From an uncultured virus (IMG/VR IMGVR_UViG_3300023175_001302) (Duplodnaviria; Heunggongvirae; Uroviricota; Caudoviricetes): DNA of 20,000 nucleotides. Shown one piece after another: positions 1 to 7,875 of this stretch. Both the position numbers and the translations under genes were made by a program. A model generated the notes under the pieces. It saw only the letters and a program-made list of their open reading frames with translations, did no database searches and was not told where the DNA came from. The stretch is from the IMG/VR virus record IMGVR_UViG_3300023175_001302; one strand, given 5' to 3'. Positions within the stretch are counted from its first letter, which is position 1; each line of letters begins with the position of its first letter.

Positions 1-2
1 CA

Positions 3-614
3 AATAGTATGTGTCTTACCAATATCTTTACGGTCTCCGAAGTACACCCCAACGTCCAACCCACAATTTATATAGTCTTCTTCTGTCTGTCGAACCAAGT
101 CCTTATTTGGTACAATAACAATAGAGCGACCATACTTCTCTACAATTTTAGACAGTGTAGCAGTCATAATAGTTTTGCCTGCTCCTGTCGCAATCTCTTG
201 TAGTGATTGTGGGTTCTCAATAAATTTATTAATAACTTCAACTTGATAATCACGCAAACGAATTGTTTGACCTTCAACTGGATGTCCTTTAGGCCAACAT
301 GTGTCTCCCCAAAATTCAGTATCTATTTCATTAAATTCTAAAGCAGTGTGTTCACGTTTATCATCAATATCTATCTCGTAACCCGCACTAATGATAATAG
401 GCAATAAATCATCTAATAGATTTAAATATGTTCTACCACCTACATCACAAAAGCGAACTGTTCCATCCCATCTCCCGAGTTTATACGCAGGCATATGATA
501 CGCATGTGGTAAAAAGAACTTGAGTTTATCAGAACACTTTCGTCGTGTTGCTGGATCAAGTCCTTCCAACTTTACGTTCACTTCATCTTTGATTACGATT
601 GTACACTTTTTCAT
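3..614 (-). CDS. uvsW: UvsW-like superfamily 2 DNA helicase, N-terminal part (runs off the left edge; absent from the ORF track)
   Basis: Manual translation from ATG at 614: MKKCTIVIKDEVNVKLEG...PAYKLGRWDG...RLRDYQVE (Q motif)...IATGAGKT (Walker A)...IVIVPNKDLVRQT (motif Ia). Open to the window edge. Confidence 0.85.
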   Translation of the reverse strand, partial: MKKCTIVIKDEVNVKLEGLDPATRRKCSDKLKFFLPHAYHMPAYKLGRWDGTVRFCDVGGRTYLNLLDDLLPIIISAGYEIDIDDKREHTALEFNEIDTEFWGDTCWPKGHPVEGQTIRLRDYQVEVINKFIENPQSLQEIATGAGKTIMTATLSKIVEKYGRSIVIVPNKDLVRQTEEDYINCGLDVGVYFGDRKDIGKTHTI

Positions 615-620
615 TTTTTT

Positions 621-649
621 ATAATAACATTTTTAGTATCGGAAGTCAA
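621..649 (-). promoter_or_regulatory. sigma70-type promoter for uvsW, probably giving a leaderless mRNA
   Basis: TTGACT (649-644), 17-nt spacer ending TGT, TATTAT (626-621). The ATG begins after only 6 intervening nt and there is no Shine-Dalgarno. Confidence 0.65.
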
Positions 650-654
650 TATAT

Positions 655-702
655 AAAAAGACGGATACCAGGGAGAGAAAGGAGAAGACCCAGTATCCGT
701 CT
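655..702 (-). terminator. Intrinsic terminator after the AAA+ ATPase gene, with a large pyrimidine loop
   Basis: Minus strand reads AGACGGATAC-TGGG-[TCTTCTCCTTTCTCT]-CCCTG-GTATCCGTCT-TTTT. Perfect 10-bp arms at 693-702 and 659-668, followed by a T-run. Confidence 0.75.
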
Positions 703-716
703 ACTTGTGAAGCGAG

Positions 717-1691
717 TTATGCCCGCTTCATACAAGTTGTTTCTGCGAAACGCTGCCAGCGTGTCGGGTTCATCTTACACAAGTCTGCAAGTTTTTGAGC
801 CATACGCAGCGAGATTTCACGCATTTTAGATTGATTATTTTCTAAGAACTTTACAATTTCATCCTCTTGTTCTTTACTTAGTCCTTTAGTATCGAACAGA
901 CCACCGTCACGTGCGATTTGCTTAATACGCAAAATCTTTTCACGTGTAGTGTCCATTGTCAAATCAAGATAGTGACAACGAGACATGATAGCTTCTAAGT
1001 GATCCTTGATTTTAGTTGAACGCACATTGTCAAACTTCAAGTTAGTCACAAAGATAACTGAACCTTTGAACTCGAAAGTATCAGGAACTCCTTCACGGCG
1101 AAGAAAGTGAGAGTCAGAGTTCCAAGAAATCTTACGCTTCTTACCGCTATCAAGTGCTGCCTTCAGAATGTTTAGTGCATCCTCGTTGAACAAGATGCTA
1201 TCACAATCGTCAAGCACAACAACTGACTTCGGGTCAGAATACTTGTACAGTGTAGCATATAGACCAATCGGTGACATTGTACCTTTGACAAATGTGTGAC
1301 GTAGCGGACGCTCTGCCATTACGTCAAATAGAGAATCTTTCTCAATGACTTGTTCAATGCCATATGTCTTACCGACACCAGGAGGTCCTGAGACAACCAT
1401 GCCACGCACGATACCGTCAAGTGTAGCAGCAGTCATTTCATCAAGAATGTCGAAACGTTCAGCAATGCGATTCATTACTTGTTCATCTGTTTCGTCATGT
1501 TCACAAACAACCTCAACATCCTCAGGCTTTACTTTGATACGCATCTTAGCACGACCAAACTCAGTTTCAGAACCGTCAACTGTAATAAATGTTGAACCGT
1601 CTTTTGCTTCTTTTATTTCTTGTACAACAGGAAAGATACCTGCAATTTCTTGATTGCGATAAAAACCTGAAGTGATTTGAACTATAGACAT
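717..1691 (-). CDS. AAA+ family ATPase of unknown function (putative early gene)
   Basis: Walker A GPPGVGKT, Walker B VVVLDDCD, sensor-1-like SVIFVTN, Arg-finger-like AIMSR. SD AAGGA upstream. Confidence 0.8.
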   Translation of the reverse strand: MSIVQITSGFYRNQEIAGIFPVVQEIKEAKDGSTFITVDGSETEFGRAKMRIKVKPEDVEVVCEHDETDEQVMNRIAERFDILDEMTAATLDGIVRGMVVSGPPGVGKTYGIEQVIEKDSLFDVMAERPLRHTFVKGTMSPIGLYATLYKYSDPKSVVVLDDCDSILFNEDALNILKAALDSGKKRKISWNSDSHFLRREGVPDTFEFKGSVIFVTNLKFDNVRSTKIKDHLEAIMSRCHYLDLTMDTTREKILRIKQIARDGGLFDTKGLSKEQEDEIVKFLENNQSKMREISLRMAQKLADLCKMNPTRWQRFAETTCMKRA

Positions 1692-1708
1692 AATCTTCCT
1701 TTCTCTCT

Positions 1709-1750
1709 TGATTACATTTATACTATAAAGCGATTCGTTATATTTGTCAA
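1709..1750 (-). promoter_or_regulatory. Early promoter P1 (sigma70 type, GANTC in spacer)
   Basis: TTGACA (1750-1745), 17 nt containing CGAATCG, TATAGT (1727-1722), 6 nt, GTAATCA. Same layout as P2 and P3. Confidence 0.85.
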
Positions 1751-1753
1751 GTT

Positions 1754-1996
1754 TTACAATCGCCTTTCTATTTCTTCTAACTGTGCTAAATGCTTTTCAT
1801 GTTGGTCACGAATATGTACATATGATTTCCACTCTGCGAAATCATGTGTTTCTGGACCAAACTTATTATTACGTGACTCGGCAGCATTTTCTGCCAATTT
1901 TTGACCGAACGAATACCAATCTACAATTTCTTTAGTATCCAATTTATAAACTACATACACTGGAATTCCAGCATCAATTGCTGATTCTAATTTCAT
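1754..1996 (-). CDS. Hypothetical protein (80 aa)
   Basis: ATG start with GGAG SD; packs tightly between the upstream small ORF and promoter P1. Confidence 0.7.
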   Translation of the reverse strand: MKLESAIDAGIPVYVVYKLDTKEIVDWYSFGQKLAENAAESRNNKFGPETHDFAEWKSYVHIRDQHEKHLAQLEEIERRL

Positions 1997-1998
1997 AT

Positions 1999-2163
1999 TT
2001 ACATCTCCGACAATTCAAAATAACAATCAGCAACAAGGCTTTCGCCCATGCTACCATATTCGGAACGAATAATTTCGTATACTTTATCTACATTATTTCC
2101 TTCTTCAATTAAGTCATAAACACGTTCTTGTACTTCAAGAATAAAATTACCTGTTGCACTCAT
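1999..2163 (-). CDS. Small acidic hypothetical protein (54 aa; not in ORF track)
   Basis: MSATGNFILEVQERVYDLIEEGNNVDKVYEIIRSEYGSMGESLVADCYFELSEM*. GAGGTG SD and ATGA overlap with the upstream ORF. Confidence 0.7.
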   Translation of the reverse strand: MSATGNFILEVQERVYDLIEEGNNVDKVYEIIRSEYGSMGESLVADCYFELSEM

Positions 2164-2288
2164 TCAGACACCTCTTTAATTTCATAGATGGTTTTGTCAA
2201 CTTCTTGACCTTTTACATATGCTTCCGCATCTTCACGGCGTGAACAAACCGCTACAGTTTGCCCACCTTTTACTTTTACAATATACAT
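2160..2288 (-). CDS. Small hypothetical protein (42 aa; not in ORF track)
   Basis: MYIVKVKGGQTVAVCSRREDAEAYVKGQEVDKTIYEIKEVSE*. TAATG overlap with the upstream gene and ATGA overlap with the downstream gene. Confidence 0.65.
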   Translation of the reverse strand: MYIVKVKGGQTVAVCSRREDAEAYVKGQEVDKTIYEIKEVSE

Positions 2289-2722
2289 TATGCTGCTGCC
2301 TTTTGTTTATTTGTACAGATATAGGGTTTATCCCAGTAACCAACATTGATACTCATATAAAATGCTGTATCAAAGTAGTCAATCTGAGCATCGCTATTGT
2401 TATACCAAGCACGGCCACCTTCTGCCTTAGCAGGAGCAGACTTCACAATTTCTACAATATCATTGAAAAGATTTTCATGCTCACCATAGAAATGAGTATG
2501 ATACTGATTGATTTGCTCATGACCTGTGAACTTACGCACCCGCCCGTCATACTTGTCAATGCTATCCATAGAACCATCATAAAAGTCAATGACGCCTTCT
2601 TTAAGCGTGATAATAACAGAACTATAGTTATCCCGACGAACACCAAATTTGATATTCTTACCAAACTTTTCTTTTAGTGCTTTACGAATTTCTTTAACTT
2701 CGTTAGTAGAAATATAAGCCAT
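2288..2722 (-). CDS. Hypothetical protein, possibly LPD29-like (large polyvalent protein-associated domain)
   Basis: The pattern EIRKALKEKFG..IKFGVRR..YSSV and C-terminal NSDAQIDYFD resembles LPD29-type phage proteins (recalled, not searched). First gene after P2, with AAGGA SD. Confidence 0.6.
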   Translation of the reverse strand: MAYISTNEVKEIRKALKEKFGKNIKFGVRRDNYSSVIITLKEGVIDFYDGSMDSIDKYDGRVRKFTGHEQINQYHTHFYGEHENLFNDIVEIVKSAPAKAEGGRAWYNNSDAQIDYFDTAFYMSINVGYWDKPYICTNKQKAAA

Positions 2723-2740
2723 GTGATAGTCCTTTTCTCT

Positions 2741-2782
2741 TGATTACATAATTACTATATAGTGATTCGCTATTACTGTCAA
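2741..2782 (-). promoter_or_regulatory. Early promoter P2 (sigma70 type, GANTC in spacer)
   Basis: TTGACA (2782-2777), 17 nt containing CGAATCA, TATAGT (2759-2754), 6 nt, GTAATCA. Confidence 0.85.
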
Positions 2783-2787
2783 CCTTT

Positions 2788-3099
2788 TTAGGCAACTTTT
2801 CCAACAATCATTGAAGTAGGAACCCGTGTTACTGTGCGACCGAAAGGTGTAGCACCTGCGTCTACTACTTCAATAGTTTTGCGATTCATTTTAGTAATAA
2901 CACCACGACGAACATAACCATTGTTTGCCCATTCAACAGTGTCACCTTTTTTCAAACCACGCTTTGCTTGATTTCCGATGAAAGTCATTTGGTCTTTCCA
3001 AACTTTAGCAAGAGCATTCAAATCATCTTGTGTTTGAATTTTGCGAATAGCATCAATTGCGTTAATCAAGTCTTGTGTATTTGACTGAAGCTGTGTCAT
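2788..3099 (-). CDS. Hypothetical protein (103 aa), helical N-terminus and SH3/KOW-like C-terminus
   Basis: LKKGDTVEW...RGVITKMNRKTIEV...RVPTSMI is a typical small beta-barrel pattern. GAGGA SD; first gene after P3. Confidence 0.7.
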   Translation of the reverse strand: MTQLQSNTQDLINAIDAIRKIQTQDDLNALAKVWKDQMTFIGNQAKRGLKKGDTVEWANNGYVRRGVITKMNRKTIEVVDAGATPFGRTVTRVPTSMIVGKVA

Positions 3100-3117
3100 A
3101 AGAAATCCTCTCTTATC

Positions 3118-3158
3118 TGATTACTTAATTAATATAGCATGATTCTCAGTATTGTCAA
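3118..3158 (-). promoter_or_regulatory. Early promoter P3 (sigma70 type, GANTC in spacer)
   Basis: TTGACA (3158-3153), 16 nt containing AGAATCA and ending TGC, TATATT (3136-3131), 6 nt, GTAATCA. Confidence 0.8.
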
Positions 3159-3169
3159 GTTTTATCCAT

Positions 3170-3198
3170 AAAAAAAGGGCGATAAACGCCCTCTTTTT
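3170..3198 (-). terminator. Intrinsic terminator after nrdB
   Basis: Minus strand AGGGCG-TTTAT-CGCCCT followed by a T-run; A/T runs flank both sides. Confidence 0.8.
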
Positions 3199-3213
3199 AA
3201 TATGTTTTAATTT

Positions 3214-4356
3214 TTATAGTGACATTCCACCAAATGTATTTGTGTCAACATCTTGCTTAACACCGCCAATAACATAAGACGAAATCTCTGTTTCTTGTGG
3301 AGCAACTTGTACTTCTGCACCCGCAATCCATTTTTGTGTCCACGGCAGTGGGTTAGCTTGTGGTGTTGTGTATGGACATTTTAGTCCAACTGCGGTCATA
3401 CGCTTACAGCAAATCCATTCAATATAATCACTTAGAAGTTGTGTGTTTAGACCAATCATTGAACCATCTTTAAATAGATATTCAGCCCATTGTTTTTCTT
3501 GTTCTACAGCATCAACAAACATTTTGATACATTCTTCTTCTGTTTCTTGCGCAATTTTTACATAATCAGGATCATCTTTTGGTAGAAGTTTCAGTAGAGT
3601 TTGTGTTGAACCAAGATGTAAGTTTTCGTCACGTGCGATTAGTTTAATAATTTTTGCGTTACCTTCCATCTTCTTCAATTCAGCAAATGCCCACGAACAT
3701 GCGAATGAAACATAGAAGCGAACACCTTCAAGGATATTCACACTCATTAGAGTTTTGTAAAGCGATTTCTTAATTTCATACAAATTAACATTGACATTAC
3801 GTGCTTCACGGTTTGAAGTAACTTGGTGAGTACCTTCACCCAATAAATTATACCACATTGACATTTCAATCAGTTCATCGTAGTTCTTTGAAATATCATC
3901 AGCACAGTCCATGATTTCTTCGATCTCCATCATTTCGTCAAATACTTTTGATGGGTCAGCATACACGTTACGAATGATATGTGTATATGAACGTGAATGA
4001 ATTGTTTCACTAAATGTCCAAGTTTGGATCCATGCTTCTAGTTCTGGAATAGATACTAGCGGAGCAAATGCTTCTGTTGGCGCACGACCCTGTACTGAAT
4101 CTAAAAGAATTTGACGTTTTAGATTAGATGTAAAGATATGCTTTTCATGTTCTGTAAGATTTTTAAAATCATTAGAATCTTTTGTTACATCTACTTCTTC
4201 TGGACGCCAGAAGAAACCCAATTGCTTATCTGTCAACTTATCGAACTGCTTATACTTTAGCATATCATAACGTTGAATTGTTACACCGCCGTTTGGATCT
4301 AGGAATGCTAGTGCCTTCGTGTGGTCTGCTTTATTTTGTGCATTGAATACTGACAT
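3214..4356 (-). CDS. nrdB: Ribonucleotide reductase class Ia beta subunit
   Basis: FFWRPEE, LLDSVQG, ETIHSRSY (radical Tyr), EGVRFY, DENLH di-iron motifs, and C-terminal PQETEISSY. Confidence 0.97.
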   Translation of the reverse strand: MSVFNAQNKADHTKALAFLDPNGGVTIQRYDMLKYKQFDKLTDKQLGFFWRPEEVDVTKDSNDFKNLTEHEKHIFTSNLKRQILLDSVQGRAPTEAFAPLVSIPELEAWIQTWTFSETIHSRSYTHIIRNVYADPSKVFDEMMEIEEIMDCADDISKNYDELIEMSMWYNLLGEGTHQVTSNREARNVNVNLYEIKKSLYKTLMSVNILEGVRFYVSFACSWAFAELKKMEGNAKIIKLIARDENLHLGSTQTLLKLLPKDDPDYVKIAQETEEECIKMFVDAVEQEKQWAEYLFKDGSMIGLNTQLLSDYIEWICCKRMTAVGLKCPYTTPQANPLPWTQKWIAGAEVQVAPQETEISSYVIGGVKQDVDTNTFGGMSL

Positions 4357-4369
4357 ATCTTAACCTCTC

Positions 4370-6667
4370 TTAAATTACACAGCTATCACAAGCTGCGTCA
4401 TCGTCTAATTCTGTCTGTGCTAATGGCTCGTCCATTAGTTTGTTTACATCGATTTCTCCTTGCCCATCAAATGTATTAAAGTAGTAAAGTTGCTTGCCAC
4501 CATATTTGTAGAACATGATTAAGTGTTGTAACATAAGTGACATTGGAATCTTTTCGTCTTCAAAGAATACAGGGTTGTATGATGTATTCACTGAAATACC
4601 CTGGTCGATATATTTCTGCAGAACAGCCATAATCTTTAGATAACCTTCTGGTGTCTGTTGATCCCATAGTAGTTCATATTTGTTTTTCAGTTTATGAATG
4701 CCTGGTACAACTTGCTTTAGAACACCATGCTTTGATTGCTTTACAGACACATAGCTACGTGGCGGCTCAATACCGTTTGTAGAGTTTGAAATCTGCGCTG
4801 ATGTTTCTGCTGGCATCAGTGCCATTAGTGTACTATTACGAATACCGTGTTCTTTTAGGTCTGCACGTAATGATGCCCAATCCTGACGTTCAACGTACTC
4901 CGCTAATTCGTCAACATCAGTCTTACGTGTATCCATTGGAACAATACCGTCACCGTATTTTGTTTCACCGACACCAGGACACGCACCCTGTTCTTTTGCT
5001 AATGTGTTTGATGCTTTAATCAAATAGTATGACCATGCTTCTGCCCATTCATCTACTAGATTTAAATCTGGGTTAGAATAGTTTGTATCGTTCTTCGCAA
5101 GCCAGTAAGCAAAGTTAATAATACCTACGCCAAGTGGTCTACGATTATTAGTTGATAGTTCTGCTGCTAGAACTGGATACTTTTGATAATCTAGTAATGC
5201 GTCAAGCCCACGTACTGCTAATTCACACGGTTTTTCAAAGTCTACTGGTGTTTTGATGTTGCCCCAATTGATTGCTGAAAGTGTACATAGTGAAATTTCG
5301 CCTTCTTCATCAAACACATGCTTTAGCGGTTTAGTTGGTAGATCAATTTCACAGCATAGATTTGATTGACGAATAGGAGCTACATCAGGTTTAAATGAAC
5401 CATGGTCGTTAGCGTGGTCAACATTCATCAAATAGATACGACCTGTATTTTTACGTTCGTTCATAAATGATGAGAATAATTCTGCAGCAGGTATAGACTT
5501 TTTACGTAGTCTAGTATTTCTTTCTGCTGTTTCATATAGTTCACGGAATTTGTCTTGGTCAGCAAAAAATGCTTCATATAATCCTGGAACATCACTTGGA
5601 GAGAATAATGTAATGTTGGCGCCTGTCATTAGACGTTCATACATTAGTTTATTAAACTGTACGCCATAATCTAAGTGTCGTACACGGTTATCCTCAGTTC
5701 CCTTGTTATTTTTTAGAACTAGTAAATCTTCTACTTCTAAATGCCAGATAGGATAATAAAGTGTCGCAGCCCCACCGCGGACCCCGCCCTGTGAGCAAGA
5801 TTTCACGGCAGACTGAAACATCTTATAGAATGGAATAACACCTGTATGTGACGCATCGCCATTACGTATCGGTGAATTGATAGCACGAATACTACCAGCA
5901 CCAATACCAATGCCCGCTTTTTGTGAAACATATTTAACAATTGATGAAGATGTCGCATTGATTGAATCAAGCGAGTCATCTGTTTCAATTAGAACACAGG
6001 AGGAAAATTGTCTCTGCGGAGTGCGAACGCCTGCCATGACTGGTGTTGGAAGTGAAATATCAAAATTGCTGATAGCATCATAATAATCTTTCACCCAACG
6101 CATTCTTTCATCACGAGGATATTGACTGAATAATGTCGCCGCAATAAGAATGTATGCCATTTGTGGTGTTTCGAATAGTTGTTTCGTTACTCTGTTCTGT
6201 ACTAGATACTTTCCACGAAACTGTTCCATTCCAACGTATGAGATATTGAAGTCACGTTCATGCTTAATGAAACCGTTAATTCTATCCCATTCTTCTTCTG
6301 AATAGTCTTCTAGTAATGCTGGATCATAAAAACCTCGTTCTACATTATTTTTAACAAGGTCAAGAACATGCATTGGCTCAAAGTCGCCATATACTTCTTT
6401 ACGAATATGGTAATTAATTAAGTTACCTGCTACCCACTGATAGTTTGGAGTGTCTTCACTAATCAAATCAGCGGCGCTTTTAATAAGAGTTTCTTGGATT
6501 TCAGAACTTGTAATTCCATTATAGAATTGAATATGTGATTTGATTTCTACTTCACTCGGTGATACACCGTTTACTCCATCACAAGCGAAAAATACAACTT
6601 TGTGCATTTTCTCTAAATCTAATTGTTCTTTTGTTCCATCCCTTTTAGTAACTTGAATATTACTCAT
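4370..6667 (-). CDS. nrdA: Ribonucleotide reductase class Ia alpha subunit with ATP-cone
   Basis: N-terminal VTKRDG ATP-cone, FSSCVL, SNLCCEI, LCTLSAIN, LYYFNT and C-terminal CDSC. Confidence 0.97.
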   Translation of the reverse strand: MSNIQVTKRDGTKEQLDLEKMHKVVFFACDGVNGVSPSEVEIKSHIQFYNGITSSEIQETLIKSAADLISEDTPNYQWVAGNLINYHIRKEVYGDFEPMHVLDLVKNNVERGFYDPALLEDYSEEEWDRINGFIKHERDFNISYVGMEQFRGKYLVQNRVTKQLFETPQMAYILIAATLFSQYPRDERMRWVKDYYDAISNFDISLPTPVMAGVRTPQRQFSSCVLIETDDSLDSINATSSSIVKYVSQKAGIGIGAGSIRAINSPIRNGDASHTGVIPFYKMFQSAVKSCSQGGVRGGAATLYYPIWHLEVEDLLVLKNNKGTEDNRVRHLDYGVQFNKLMYERLMTGANITLFSPSDVPGLYEAFFADQDKFRELYETAERNTRLRKKSIPAAELFSSFMNERKNTGRIYLMNVDHANDHGSFKPDVAPIRQSNLCCEIDLPTKPLKHVFDEEGEISLCTLSAINWGNIKTPVDFEKPCELAVRGLDALLDYQKYPVLAAELSTNNRRPLGVGIINFAYWLAKNDTNYSNPDLNLVDEWAEAWSYYLIKASNTLAKEQGACPGVGETKYGDGIVPMDTRKTDVDELAEYVERQDWASLRADLKEHGIRNSTLMALMPAETSAQISNSTNGIEPPRSYVSVKQSKHGVLKQVVPGIHKLKNKYELLWDQQTPEGYLKIMAVLQKYIDQGISVNTSYNPVFFEDEKIPMSLMLQHLIMFYKYGGKQLYYFNTFDGQGEIDVNKLMDEPLAQTELDDDAACDSCVI

Positions 6668-6717
6668 TGTTTTTATATCTCCAAAATTGCAATGTATTTA
6701 CACACATTACTATTAAC

Positions 6718-7185
6718 TTAATATCTGTTGTTTATATCTGCGTCTTCCATTCCAGCTACACGTAGCTTAATAATATTACTTAGTTGGAAATGTTTAATTT
6801 CAAATCCTTTCGTAATACCAAGAAATTGATTTCGCATAAATGCTACTTGGTTTATTAATTCTGAAATTGCTACAACTTCATCTTCACCATCTGCGTACTT
6901 TTCTGCGTCCCTGCTAGACAGTGCTTTGTTGTAGTTCTCCAGATATTTTCTTAGGTATTCGCTACGCTTTTTGCGTAAACTTATATTTAGATGTTCTAGA
7001 ATGGCTTCTAACTCTTGTAGTTGAGAAAATCTTAGTTCAACATATGCTGGTAGTTCTGTAGAATTTTTCTCTACATTTCCTTTGATCTTAACTTCAGCAC
7101 GTGCTTCAGCAAGTTCTTTATCAAAGTGGTCAAGACAAGAAGGAATATTATTCCAGTCTTGTACAACTTTACGATACCAACTCAT
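6718..7185 (-). CDS. uvsY: UvsY-like recombination mediator protein
   Basis: Helical 155-aa protein with YLENYNKALSSRDAEKYADGE and KHFQLSNIIKLR; lies in the ssb-uvsX operon. Confidence 0.7.
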   Translation of the reverse strand: MSWYRKVVQDWNNIPSCLDHFDKELAEARAEVKIKGNVEKNSTELPAYVELRFSQLQELEAILEHLNISLRKKRSEYLRKYLENYNKALSSRDAEKYADGEDEVVAISELINQVAFMRNQFLGITKGFEIKHFQLSNIIKLRVAGMEDADINNRY

Positions 7186-7424
7186 TCGTCATACTCATCC
7201 CATTCATCGTCTTCATCTTCGTAATCATCAACAAAATATCTATCAAATGCTGTTTCTAGTATTTTATCATTTTCAGTCATTTCTTCAATATCAGTTTTTG
7301 ATATACCATAATCGTCACACAGTTTAATGATACGTTCAGCAGCTTCCATTTTATCTTTAGCTGGTACTAAAGGTTTCATTGCTTCCCACATATCAAAGAT
7401 AAAATCAGTTTCAATTGCTGCCAT
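7182..7424 (-). CDS. Small acidic hypothetical protein (80 aa)
   Basis: Start reassigned to MAAIETD (ATG at 7424, GAGG SD, directly after the queD stop). Acidic C-terminus; ATGA overlap with uvsY. Confidence 0.7.
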   Translation of the reverse strand: MAAIETDFIFDMWEAMKPLVPAKDKMEAAERIIKLCDDYGISKTDIEEMTENDKILETAFDRYFVDDYEDEDDEWDEYDE

Positions 7425-7425
7425 A

Positions 7426-7875
7426 TTATGCCTCATAAATTGCTGAGTTTGCTCCGTGTTCTGAACATTCACACGAAACGCACCAACATCGGTTATCTGT
7501 CATATTACGAACCAGTTCGTCTGCCTGTTTCCATGCATGATAGGCAAAGCGTTCTGCTCCGACACCATCAAATATAGTAAGTTCAGCAATACCATCTGAT
7601 TCTAGTTCTTTTAATTTATATAGCATAGGATCATTTTTGTCAACCACTACTTTATGATCAAAGTTATCTTCTAACCATGCTTTAAGCGGTTTAAGTCCGC
7701 CAAAGTCTACAGCCCAATTACGATGGTCTAGTTCATCGCACCCAAATGTAAATTTGAATGCGAGACTGTATCCATGTAAAAATCTACAATGTGAGTGGTC
7801 TGCATGTGGTTGACGAAAGACTGCTGATAATCCTATGTTGTGTCCATATGTTTTTGTAGAAAGATATTTAGCCAT
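7426..7875 (-). CDS. queD: QueD / 6-pyruvoyl-tetrahydropterin synthase family (T-fold) protein
   Basis: FRQPHADHSHCRFLHGY (CxxxHG[H/Y]), VDFGGLK, FDHK and terminal ECSEHGANSA motifs. Confidence 0.85.
   Translation of the reverse strand: MAKYLSTKTYGHNIGLSAVFRQPHADHSHCRFLHGYSLAFKFTFGCDELDHRNWAVDFGGLKPLKAWLEDNFDHKVVVDKNDPMLYKLKELESDGIAELTIFDGVGAERFAYHAWKQADELVRNMTDNRCWCVSCECSEHGANSAIYEA

Noticed and set aside
6668..6717. Promoter or NrdR box upstream of nrdA
   Set aside because: Only a partial late-type GTAAATA (6695-6701) is present, with no convincing -35/-10 pair or NrdR palindrome.
7425..7472. Longer start (MNVQN...) for the acidic ORF
   Set aside because: It overlaps queD by about 47 nt; the ATG at 7424 has an SD and follows the queD stop directly.
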